From Acidobacteriaceae bacterium (GTDB taxonomy: Bacteria; Acidobacteriota; Terriglobia; Terriglobales; Acidobacteriaceae): a stretch of 64,000 bases of DNA. The DNA is taken from positions 144,391-208,390 of the forward strand of contig JAOAPC010000003.1 in the NCBI GenBank assembly GCA_025462735.1, written 5' to 3'. Below, in pieces: positions 28,267 to 35,755 of this stretch; positions within the stretch are counted from its first letter, which is position 1, and every line of letters begins with the position of its first letter. The notes under the pieces are model-generated. The model made no database searches. It had not been told where the DNA came from and worked only from the letters and a program-made list of their open reading frames with translations. Position numbers and translations under genes: made by a program.

Positions 28267-28710
28267 TCAGTGCCCGAGATGGTACGGATGCCCCTTCAGA
28301 ATGGTGAACGCCCGATACAGCTGTTCGAGCAGCACTACGCGCGCCAGTTCATGCGCGATGGTCATTTTTCCAAGAGACAGGACGAAATCGGCCTGATTTC
28401 GGGTGTTTTCCGTAAACCCATCTGCAGGCCCAATTGCAAACAAAAGTGGCGCAGGATTTCGCTCCTGCTGCGAGCGAATGAATTGTGCCAATTCTTCCGA
28501 GGAGAGCTGTTTACCACGAGAGTCTAGCAAGATGAGATAGCGTCGCGTGCCCCGTCCATCGCGGCCGGAGGTTTTCAGCAGCCCAGGTTCATCTTTGAGC
28601 GAAATGCCTTCAGCCTCGGCGTACTGTTTGAGGCGTTTTAGGTAATCGTCGGAGAGGGACTGGACCGCGGGAGACTTTGTTTTGCCGATCCATGCGACGG
28701 TGAGTTTCAC
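28267..28710 (-). CDS. rlmH: 23S rRNA (pseudouridine1915-N3)-methyltransferase RlmH
   Basis: 147 aa, SPOUT fold. Ends ...ILKGHPYHLGH. Confidence 0.9.
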   Translation of the reverse strand: MKLTVAWIGKTKSPAVQSLSDDYLKRLKQYAEAEGISLKDEPGLLKTSGRDGRGTRRYLILLDSRGKQLSSEELAQFIRSQQERNPAPLLFAIGPADGFTENTRNQADFVLSLGKMTIAHELARVVLLEQLYRAFTILKGHPYHLGH

Positions 28711-28732
28711 GGGATTCGAAGAAAGATTTTAA

Positions 28733-28772
28733 CCGCAGAGGTCGCAGAGGTTGCGTAGAGGACGCGGAGAAT
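28733..28772. repeat. about 10-nt periodic array (GCAGAGGT units)
   Basis: ccgcagaggt cgcagaggtt gcgtagaggac gcggagaa, in the rsfS-rlmH spacer. Confidence 0.65.
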
Positions 28773-28821
28773 TTTACAGTTTACTTTTTCGCGTTCTCGA
28801 CGGTGGAGAATGTTGTCTTCT

Positions 28822-29262
28822 TTAGGCGCGCTTCTTCGCGGCTGTTTTGGAGACAGTCCGCTTGCGTGGTTTCGCCACCAGAGCGTCTGGCTCGATCTTT
28901 TTTGCCGATTTCCAAAGACGTTCTAGGTCATAGTACTTGCGCGCAGCTTCGGAAAAGATGTGGACAACAAAATCCACATAGTCGATCAATACCCACTCTG
29001 CCTGCCTGTATCCCTCGATGTTGTTCGGGTAATGGCCGGCGCGTTTCAGGCGCAGCTCTACTTCATCCGAAATGGCTTGCACCTGGCGGGGATTATTGCC
29101 GCTGCAGATCAAAAAATAATCGGTGAACGCGCCTGAGGCCTGGTCCATCTCAAGCAGGCTGATTTGTTCGGCTTTCTTTTCCTGACAGGCGGCGAGGGCT
29201 TCGGAGACTTGCTTCTTCAGTTCATTCTTCATTCGGTTAACGGATCGCTGGTTGGGCATCAA
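28822..29262 (-). CDS. rsfS: ribosome silencing factor RsfS (basic C-terminal tail)
   Basis: 146 aa. Iojap-like core (DYFLICSGNN..QV.AI, WVLIDY.DFVVHIF) plus an extra tail KPRKRTVSKTAAKKRA. Confidence 0.9.
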   Translation of the reverse strand: MMPNQRSVNRMKNELKKQVSEALAACQEKKAEQISLLEMDQASGAFTDYFLICSGNNPRQVQAISDEVELRLKRAGHYPNNIEGYRQAEWVLIDYVDFVVHIFSEAARKYYDLERLWKSAKKIEPDALVAKPRKRTVSKTAAKKRA

Positions 29263-29966
29263 CGAGTGTACAGGCCTTCCTTCTTTATGTATTCTTCCAC
29301 ACTCTCAGGCACAAATTTCTTGATCGGGCGCTTCGCAGCAACCGCCTCGCGAACAGCGCTGGCCGAGATGTTCTGATTCACATTGTCGAGCAGGTGCAGA
29401 GTAACTCCGGGGAGCGCTAGGTCTCCCGTGGCGGGCTGCTTGTTAAATGGTTTCGTGACTTCTGTCCGCGGGCGCAGTTTTTCCGGCAAAGCACTGGCTA
29501 CGTCGGCAAGCGAGAATCCGGGACGGCTGGCGACGATGAACTCGCATTCGGCAAAAAGCGCTTCCGCCTCACGCCATTTTGCGATGTCTTTGAAGGCGTC
29601 TATCCCGATCAGAAAAAACAGGCGGTCGCTCTTACCCAGCGACTGCTTGAGCGCACGAATGGTATCGATACTGTAATTGGGAGCCGAGGCCACACTTCCT
29701 CGCGCGCTTTTTTTGTCGTGCAATATGAATTCGCCCGGCGCTTCTCGCAGCGAAGGGACAAACGACTTTTCACCCTGAGTCGCGAGAGCAGTCATGGCAT
29801 AACGATGGAAGTAAGAAGCGCCCGGTTGGGCGGTCTTATGCGGAGGAACGTTGGTGGGAACGAAGTACACGCGGCCCAACTGGCAGCGTTCACGAGCGGC
29901 GTGGGCAAGCGCAAGATGGCCCTTGTGGATAGGATCGAAGGTACCGCCAAAAAGGCCGATGTTCAT
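29259..29966 (-). CDS. nadD: nicotinate-nucleotide adenylyltransferase
   Basis: 235 aa. GLFGGTFDPIHKGHL. 4-nt overlap with rsfS. Confidence 0.92.
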   Translation of the reverse strand: MNIGLFGGTFDPIHKGHLALAHAARERCQLGRVYFVPTNVPPHKTAQPGASYFHRYAMTALATQGEKSFVPSLREAPGEFILHDKKSARGSVASAPNYSIDTIRALKQSLGKSDRLFFLIGIDAFKDIAKWREAEALFAECEFIVASRPGFSLADVASALPEKLRPRTEVTKPFNKQPATGDLALPGVTLHLLDNVNQNISASAVREAVAAKRPIKKFVPESVEEYIKKEGLYTR

Positions 29967-29971
29967 ATTAA

Positions 29972-30117
29972 TCGTCGTTCGTCGTTGGTCGTTGGTCGTT
30001 GGCGCAAACCGAATAGGACGCGGCTACCGGCTGTTTGTCAAAACTCTGATGCGTAATCGCTCCGCAGAATAAGTGTTCGGTTTTGCCCAACGACCAACGA
30101 CGTACGACCAACGACGT
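29972..30117. repeat. inverted pair of 7-nt periodic arrays (CGTTGGT / CCAACGA) forming a long hairpin
   Basis: Left arm 29972-30003: cgtcgtt cgtcgtt ggtcgtt ggtcgtt ggcg. Right arm 30086-30117: ccaacga ccaacga cgtacga ccaacga cg. An inner inverted pair is gcaaaccgaa/ttcggttttgc. Confidence 0.85.
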
Positions 30118-30123
30118 ATTTGT

Positions 30124-31161
30124 TTATGCGCTTACTTCGGCCGGCTGTTCGCGCCTGACTTCTTCAACTTTCTCTGCCATCGCGTATTTCAGTTTTTCAA
30201 CGCCTTCGCCGGTGACTGCCGAGATCGGAAAAAACTCGAGACCATGGGATTTTGCGTAGCGCTTCAATTTTGTCAATTTGGTCTTGTTGGCCACGTCACA
30301 TTTTGAAGCCACCAGAAGCATTGGCTTGTTTTCGAGCCCGGCGCCAAAGCTGCTGAGTTCGCCTACGATTACTTCAAAGTCTTTCACCGGATCAGGACGG
30401 CCGCTGGCATCGGAAACATCTACCAGGTGTACCAGTAAGCGCGTGCGCTCAACGTGCCGTAGGAACTGCGTGCCGAGGCCTGCGCCTTCATGCGCACCTT
30501 CGATCAGGCCAGGAATATCGGCGACCACAAAACTGCTTTCGTGCGGCGGATTGCCCACGACAACCACTCCGAGGTTTGGTTCCAGAGTAGTAAAAGGATA
30601 ATCCGCAATTTTCGGTCGCGCCGCAGAAATTCGAGAGATCAGAGTGGACTTACCCGCGTTGGGGTAACCGACCAAACCAACGTCAGCCAGCAGCTTCAAT
30701 TCGAGCCGCAGAGTGCGCTCTTCGCCCGGACGACCGTCTTCATGCTCGCGCGGGGCCTGGTGCACAGAAGTTGTGAATCGAGCATTGCCACGGCCACCGC
30801 GTCCACCCCGAGCAATCACCATGCGATCGTCAGGCGAGGAAAAATCGTGCACGCGCTCGCCGGAGTCAGCGTCATAAACAATAGTTCCGACAGGGACTTT
30901 TAGAACAACATCCACACCTTCGCGCCCGGTTTTGTTCGAACCTTCCCCGTGGCGTCCGCGCTGCGCCTTGTATTCGGGATTAAAACGAAAATGCACCAGC
31001 GTATTGTGGCGCTCGCTGGATTCCATGATCACGTCTCCGCCCTTGCCACCATCGCCACCAGATGGGCCTCCACGGGGGACGAACTTCTCCCTGCGGAAGG
31101 CGAGACAGCCGTTACCGCCGTCGCCAGCTTTAATCCGGATTGTGGCCTCATCGATGAACAT
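30124..31161 (-). CDS. obg: GTPase Obg/CgtA
   Basis: 345 aa. [29 protein letters not shown] and G-domain [10 protein letters not shown]. Confidence 0.96.
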   Translation of the reverse strand: MFIDEATIRIKAGDGGNGCLAFRREKFVPRGGPSGGDGGKGGDVIMESSERHNTLVHFRFNPEYKAQRGRHGEGSNKTGREGVDVVLKVPVGTIVYDADSGERVHDFSSPDDRMVIARGGRGGRGNARFTTSVHQAPREHEDGRPGEERTLRLELKLLADVGLVGYPNAGKSTLISRISAARPKIADYPFTTLEPNLGVVVVGNPPHESSFVVADIPGLIEGAHEGAGLGTQFLRHVERTRLLVHLVDVSDASGRPDPVKDFEVIVGELSSFGAGLENKPMLLVASKCDVANKTKLTKLKRYAKSHGLEFFPISAVTGEGVEKLKYAMAEKVEEVRREQPAEVSA

Positions 31162-31166
31162 GGAAA

Positions 31167-31314
31167 TCAGCCGTCAGCCGTCAGCCGTCAGCCCTCAGGA
31201 AAATCGTCGTTGGCCGTTCGCGAACGGCTTTGCCTATAACTTATTCAAACATAAAAATGCTCCGGCGATGCTGCCGGAGCATTGGCTTTACCTGATGGCT
31301 GACGGCTGACGGCT
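31167..31314. repeat. inverted pair of 7-nt periodic arrays (CAGCCGT / GCTGACG)
   Basis: Left arm: cagccgt x3 then cagccct. Right arm 31291-31314: cctgatg gctgacg gctgacg gct. The pair encloses the rpmA terminator. Confidence 0.85.
31251..31283 (-). terminator. rho-independent terminator after rpmA
   Basis: On the minus strand: AATGCTCCGGC-agcatc-GCCGGAGCATT followed by TTTAT (11-bp stem). Confidence 0.75.
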
Positions 31315-31576
31315 ACTTCGCTTCCAGAGGCTCAATCATCACGAACTTACCCATCGAACCACGGTCCTTAAACACGATCTTGCCGCTGATCTTGGCGAAC
31401 AAGGTATCGTCTTTGCCGCGGCCGACGTTCAATCCCGGCTTCACGCGAGTGCCACGCTGGCGGACAATGATGGTGCCTCCAGGAACAGTCTGGCCGCCGA
31501 ACGCTTTGAATCCCAGCCGCTGCGCGTTAGAGTCACGCCCGTTTCGTGAACTGCCTAATCCTTTTTTGTGTGCCAT
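31313..31576 (-). CDS. rpmA: 50S ribosomal protein L27
   Basis: 87 aa. [22 protein letters not shown]... Confidence 0.97.
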   Translation of the reverse strand: MAHKKGLGSSRNGRDSNAQRLGFKAFGGQTVPGGTIIVRQRGTRVKPGLNVGRGKDDTLFAKISGKIVFKDRGSMGKFVMIEPLEAK

Positions 31577-31604
31577 AAAAATCAGCTCCTACGCTTTTAG
31601 CAAA

Positions 31605-31635
31605 AGCCGTCAGCCATCAGCCGTCAGCTTTCAGC
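31605..31635. repeat. 7-nt periodic array (CAGCCRT units)
   Basis: agccgt cagccat cagccgt cagcttt cagc, in the rplU-rpmA spacer. Confidence 0.8.
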
Positions 31636-31675
31636 AAAATCATCCCAAACCTTCAGCAACGACAAATCGCGCTAT

Positions 31676-31710
31676 GTCATTCCGAACCGCTTCAGCGGTG
31701 AGGAATCTGT
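31676..31710. repeat. single GTCATTCCGA-type unit
   Basis: GTCATTCCGAACCGCTTCAGCGGTGAGGAATCTGT. Nearly identical to the units at 56652 and 23406 (reverse complement). Confidence 0.75.
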
Positions 31711-31743
31711 TTCTCTCGCCGCTTTAGCGTTACACAACCTGCT

Positions 31744-32235
31744 TTACTTCTTCTTGCCTGGACTCTTCTTCGCCACGCTTTTCTTAGGAGCGGCAGCCTT
31801 CTTCTTGGCAGCCGGTTTAGCCGCCTTTGCCTCAGCCTTCTCTTCAGTCCTCGACTCGACTTTCGCCGAAGCCACTTTCTTGGGCTTAGCTTCCTTTTTC
31901 GGCAACGCCGGAGCGCTGAACTTCTGCCCGTCGAAAGCAATCTCCGTGATTCGCACGGAGCTGAAGGGCTGGCGATGTCCGTTGAGCTTTTTGTACTGCT
32001 TCTTTTTCTTATAATGGAAGACCAGAATTTTTTTCGCACGGCCTTCGTTAAGGATTTCGCCGGTCACTACCGCGTTCGACTCGGGGCGCGCAATCTGCCC
32101 TTCGCTTGCCGACACCGCCAGCACATCGTTAAATTCCACCGTGCCATTGCTGGCCGCAGCCTGGGTTTCCAGGCGAAGCACATCCCCGGGCGCCACCCGA
32201 TATTGCTTACCGCCAGCGCGGATCACCGCGTACAT
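31744..32235 (-). CDS. rplU: 50S ribosomal protein L21 with Lys/Ala-rich C-terminal extension
   Basis: Start at MYAVIRAGGKQYRV, with GGAGG 7 nt upstream. The core is followed by a roughly 60-aa tail ...KKEAKPKKVASAKV..AKAAKPAAKKKAAAPKKSVAKKSPGKKK. The track ORF extends 25 codons further upstream. Confidence 0.93.
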   Translation of the reverse strand: MYAVIRAGGKQYRVAPGDVLRLETQAAASNGTVEFNDVLAVSASEGQIARPESNAVVTGEILNEGRAKKILVFHYKKKKQYKKLNGHRQPFSSVRITEIAFDGQKFSAPALPKKEAKPKKVASAKVESRTEEKAEAKAAKPAAKKKAAAPKKSVAKKSPGKKK

Positions 32236-32653
32236 ACTCATGCCTCCATTGCTCTCAGCAGATCCTGTAAACCGAACGCTTGCTTCGGCATTCTTAATTC
32301 CCAAAGACAAGCTTGTCCAAGTTCATGCCCGGTGGAGCAATTCAAATTTTGTGCGCTTGCTGTTTTTTCCGCGCCGGTCTTTCCTGTTTCAACTTCCCTG
32401 TTCAACTTTGTTCCGACGTAAGCGGACGGCCCTAACCCGAGGTCCCTAAAACGCAGTTTTTTGCGCTGAGGTGGAAGAACAGAGCCGCAAGTACAGGCAA
32501 ACTCAATTAGTTTAGCGTGATCAGCGGAAAACGGTCAAACCGAGAGGGATTATGAGATAGAGCGATCCGAAACCGTCCCTGTGGCCCGCAACATTTCCGC
32601 GACCGTCAGTCGAGGACAGAAAGCGCTTGACTCGCCATCGCTATTGGAGGAAG

Positions 32654-32746
32654 ATGCTGCGCAACTTGCGGGGACGGCGATCCCTTACAACTTTTCCGCT
32701 CACCATTTGCTATCGCCAACGCCCGCCCAGGGTGAACTATGAGTAG
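32654..32746 (+). CDS. possible 30-aa upstream ORF / leader peptide
   Basis: Own translation: MLRNLRGRRSLTTFPLTICYRQRPPRVNYE*. GGAGG lies 3 nt upstream, and its stop overlaps the ATG of the 608-aa membrane gene by 8 nt. It is speculative. Confidence 0.2.
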   Translation: MLRNLRGRRSLTTFPLTICYRQRPPRVNYE

Positions 32747-34565
32747 TACAGGCGATCAGCCCGAGCCGAAACACCTCTCGGCTGGCAAACAAGGTCAGAC
32801 GTCTATCAGTAGTTTCGTGGACTTTTGGTGGATACAGATTCCCGGCAAGTTACGCCCCTATTCCAAGACCTTGTGGGCTGTATGGTCGGACGGCATTTAC
32901 CTAACCGCTTGGCCGCGCCTCGCAGCGATCCTGGTGTTCGCGGTCTTTGCGTTCGGTTTCTTTGAAGGCGGAACGCACTGTAGCATTCTTAGTCTGAATG
33001 GCTATGGCTTAGCATCAGGCTTCCACTCAGCATCGTTCGCGCAGATGCTTCCGTTGATGACGCTTGCGGTCTTGCTGGGATCATTCAGTGCGAATCTCGG
33101 TTTGATGCTGGTCATCGGTTTTGCACTCGGAGACTTCTTCTGGTCGGGCGTGCCATTCTCTCCATGGGAGCGTAACCTCGCTTTGCCGCCGACGCTCTAT
33201 GGGCGCGTTCCACAACTCGCTGCCTATTTGGTTTTCTTCTTCTTAGCGGCATGGCCAATCACAGCCAACAAGTTCCTTGTCGCTGCCGCTCATCGTCGAT
33301 TTCGAGAATCAGAAGTTTGGAAGACGGTGTTCATGGTCATCGTGCAAGCGCTATTCATCTATGAGTGGACGTACTTCGCGCCCATGGGCGTGAAGCAGCA
33401 ATGGGATTGCTGCACGCAAACTTCGCCACTTGATGTTCGTTACTTTCACCAGACGACATTGCCTTGGTTGCTCGCAGCAGCAGTTGTCGGTGTTGTAGCC
33501 CGACGAGTGTTGATTAACGTAGCGGAAAAAAGCGATCCGATCTTAATCTCACGCCTGGATGTTGTGTGTGACCCAGCCTGGGCGCCTATCTCGCGAATGC
33601 CCGGTTGGCTGCACGCGATCATTGGCGCGATCATCATGACTCTGCTGTTCTTGGGATTCGCTGTCTCGCTATCACGCGTGATCATGACGTTCGCCGCAGT
33701 TCTTGCGCTAATGCTGCTCCGCACTTCCGTACTGTCGGGGACATCGCTGTGGCGGCGTTGGAGCACGCGATTGGCCCGTTACCCAGCGGTGATTCGGCTC
33801 GGTTTGGCAACCGTTGCCACTTACTTAGTTTCCAGGCTCGTGCTGACAGTCCCCGGATGGAGTGCGATTGAGCGAACTGCAAGAGGAAATTTTGCCCCGG
33901 AGGTGGTCTCCGTTTTGATTGGCTTGTGGGTGGTGCTCGTGCTACTGCCAAACGGCACCTTGGCACCGGAAGAGGCGGAACTCGCAACCGGTTCGAGACC
34001 GTCGCGTGTGTCAATCCCGTCGCCTGTTATCCAAGCCGCAATCGTGATCAGTATGGTGCTGCTCGCAAGCAAAAGAGCTCTAGCTGCTGATTGCGAAGCT
34101 GGGCGCTGCTGCTATGGAGGCAACAACGGGCTCGCCGGTAGTTCTGCGGCAGGGAGTACCACGTCGGCGGCGGGGACAGCCGCGGATTCAGGACAACCCC
34201 AGTATAAGCCCGGTTTCAAGCATGTCTTCCGGATTCCGGGCTACACCTCTAAACTGTACGGGAATCCGTCAGAAGATTCACCGGTCGTGGGTACGGTGAA
34301 CTCCCCCAGGGTGGTGGTTGATGGCAGGGCCACAGACTCCCAAGGGAATACATGGTACCGAGTGAGCCCGCGTCTGAACCAACCCGGTGGTTGGCTGAGG
34401 GGGGCTGATACTACCGATACGCCAACCTACGAGCCACCGCCTCCCGCGCCGCAAGGGCCTACGCCGAGCGGGGATCCTATTCAGGCCCCGCCACCGCCAC
34501 CGCCACATCAAGACTCTCCTGGTTTACGCACGGGGACGGTGATGACGTCTGCCGCCCGTGGGTAA
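32739..34565 (+). CDS. uncharacterised polytopic membrane protein with C-terminal Cys cluster, SH3b-like segment and poly-Pro tail
   Basis: 608 aa with about 10 or more hydrophobic segments in residues 50-450. These are followed by CEAGRCCYGG, a G/S/A/T linker, GYTSKLYGNPSEDSPVVGTVNSPRVVVDGRATDSQGNTWYRV (SH3b-like), and PPPPAPQGPTPSGDPIQAPPPPPPH. GC is about 51% in a hand-counted sample. Confidence 0.7.
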   Translation: MSSTGDQPEPKHLSAGKQGQTSISSFVDFWWIQIPGKLRPYSKTLWAVWSDGIYLTAWPRLAAILVFAVFAFGFFEGGTHCSILSLNGYGLASGFHSASFAQMLPLMTLAVLLGSFSANLGLMLVIGFALGDFFWSGVPFSPWERNLALPPTLYGRVPQLAAYLVFFFLAAWPITANKFLVAAAHRRFRESEVWKTVFMVIVQALFIYEWTYFAPMGVKQQWDCCTQTSPLDVRYFHQTTLPWLLAAAVVGVVARRVLINVAEKSDPILISRLDVVCDPAWAPISRMPGWLHAIIGAIIMTLLFLGFAVSLSRVIMTFAAVLALMLLRTSVLSGTSLWRRWSTRLARYPAVIRLGLATVATYLVSRLVLTVPGWSAIERTARGNFAPEVVSVLIGLWVVLVLLPNGTLAPEEAELATGSRPSRVSIPSPVIQAAIVISMVLLASKRALAADCEAGRCCYGGNNGLAGSSAAGSTTSAAGTAADSGQPQYKPGFKHVFRIPGYTSKLYGNPSEDSPVVGTVNSPRVVVDGRATDSQGNTWYRVSPRLNQPGGWLRGADTTDTPTYEPPPPAPQGPTPSGDPIQAPPPPPPHQDSPGLRTGTVMTSAARG

Positions 34566-34614
34566 CCTTGTGCGAGTTAAGACGGATGAGAAAATTCCCT
34601 GCGGTAAGCGCTTG

Positions 34615-35067
34615 ATGTCTTCTACTGCTGATGCGACGCGATTCGGCAAACCTAAGCTTCGGATACGGCCTGTGCTTTTCTTTGTCGGTTGTCTAGCTGT
34701 TCTGGGCTTTGCCACTTACTTTAAGCCTGAGCCCTATCGAGCATTCTACGGAGGGCTTGCTACTTTATTCGCATTTGCCCTACTTGTCCAATACCGCAGG
34801 GAAACTAGTCTCGTGCGCAATCGACTGTCCGCGATTGGCACTGTGACAGACTACCGTGTGCGCGGCAAAGGCGTACCGCATTTAGGAAAAGGCGTACCGA
34901 CAATCAAATATGAGTTCGTTGCCTTCGATCAGAAGACATATCAAGGAGAAACCGGCTGGGGCGCGGCTGGTCTGATGAAAGGTTCGCAGATTACCGTACT
35001 CTACAACCCAGAAAATCCGGCAAAGAATCATCCCCTGGGTGGATTTGTCTTTTATTCGTTTCGTTAA
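34615..35067 (+). CDS. DUF3592-like membrane protein
   Basis: Start taken at MSSTADATRF. Two TM segments are followed by a beta-rich segment GTVTDYRV...PTIKYEFVAFDQKTYQGE...GSQITVLYNPENPAKN typical of DUF3592. GC is about 50% in a hand-counted sample. Confidence 0.65.
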   Translation: MSSTADATRFGKPKLRIRPVLFFVGCLAVLGFATYFKPEPYRAFYGGLATLFAFALLVQYRRETSLVRNRLSAIGTVTDYRVRGKGVPHLGKGVPTIKYEFVAFDQKTYQGETGWGAAGLMKGSQITVLYNPENPAKNHPLGGFVFYSFR

Positions 35068-35144
35068 CCCACTACCAGTTTCATCGTTGCTGGAAATTCT
35101 GATTCCGCTGAGTACCGTAAGCAGAACTATCCCCGAGGAGATTA

Positions 35145-35182
35145 TTGCGGCGACAAACTTTCCTGGATTGCGACCTTCTCGC
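35145..35182. repeat. direct repeat copy 1, a displaced pseudo-3'-end of the kinase gene
   Basis: ttgcggcgacaaactttcctggattgcgaccttctcgc is 35/38 identical to 35771-35808. The minus-strand reading gives EKVAIQESLSPQ followed by TAA. Confidence 0.85.
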
Positions 35183-35244
35183 ACCATCGCACTAGCTCTG
35201 AACCGTGGCATCATTGAGCAGCAAATGGAGCGGTTACGGAATCA

Positions 35245-35751
35245 TTGCTCATCATTACGGGTACGATGGGGGCAGGCAAGACGACTGTTCTGGGCGAAGC
35301 CTCGGACATTCTTGCCTCGCGCCACATTGCCCACGCGGCAATCGACCTGGACACGCTCGGGCTCGCCCATCTTCCGTCCGCACCCAGCAACGATGGCGTG
35401 ATGTACCGCAATCTTCAGTCTGTCTGCGACAACTATGCTTCCCTCGGCGTGAGGCGACTCTTGCTGGCACGTGCCATCGAAGACCGGGCCGAGCTGGAAC
35501 TCTGTCGAGGCATGGTGTCAGCCACGAACACAGTGGTCTGCCGCCTTACTGCCAGTATTGAAGCGATGCAGCGGCGCGTGCAGGCGCGTGAATCAGGTGT
35601 GTCGCAGCGCATATACGTCGATCGCGTCGCGAAACTCAACGTCATCCTTGACCGTACGCGATTAGAGGATTTCACCGTGACTAACGAGAATCGCTCGTTG
35701 ACCGAGGTTGCGCACGAAATGCTCGTCAAGGCAGGATGGATTTCAAACTGA
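35245..35751 (+). CDS. P-loop NTPase, small kinase-like (AAA_33 / CPT-like) protein
   Basis: 168 aa. TTG start is forced by an in-frame TGA 27 nt upstream. Walker A ITGTMGAGKTT sits at the extreme N-terminus. GC is about 66% in a hand-counted sample. Confidence 0.7.
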   Translation: MLIITGTMGAGKTTVLGEASDILASRHIAHAAIDLDTLGLAHLPSAPSNDGVMYRNLQSVCDNYASLGVRRLLLARAIEDRAELELCRGMVSATNTVVCRLTASIEAMQRRVQARESGVSQRIYVDRVAKLNVILDRTRLEDFTVTNENRSLTEVAHEMLVKAGWISN

Positions 35752-35755
35752 CCCG

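Noticed and set aside
29972-31635. Tandem short repeats that might be mistaken for a CRISPR array
   Set aside because: The units are only 7-10 nt and directly abutting, with no unique spacers of 25-40 nt. Arrays have 3-5 units and occur as inverted pairs. There are no cas genes in the window.
35245-35751. P-loop protein as the toxin of a zeta/epsilon-type toxin-antitoxin pair
   Set aside because: There is no small upstream or downstream partner ORF. The 178-nt upstream region holds only the kinase-end pseudo-copy, and similarity to zeta toxins was not verifiable by eye.
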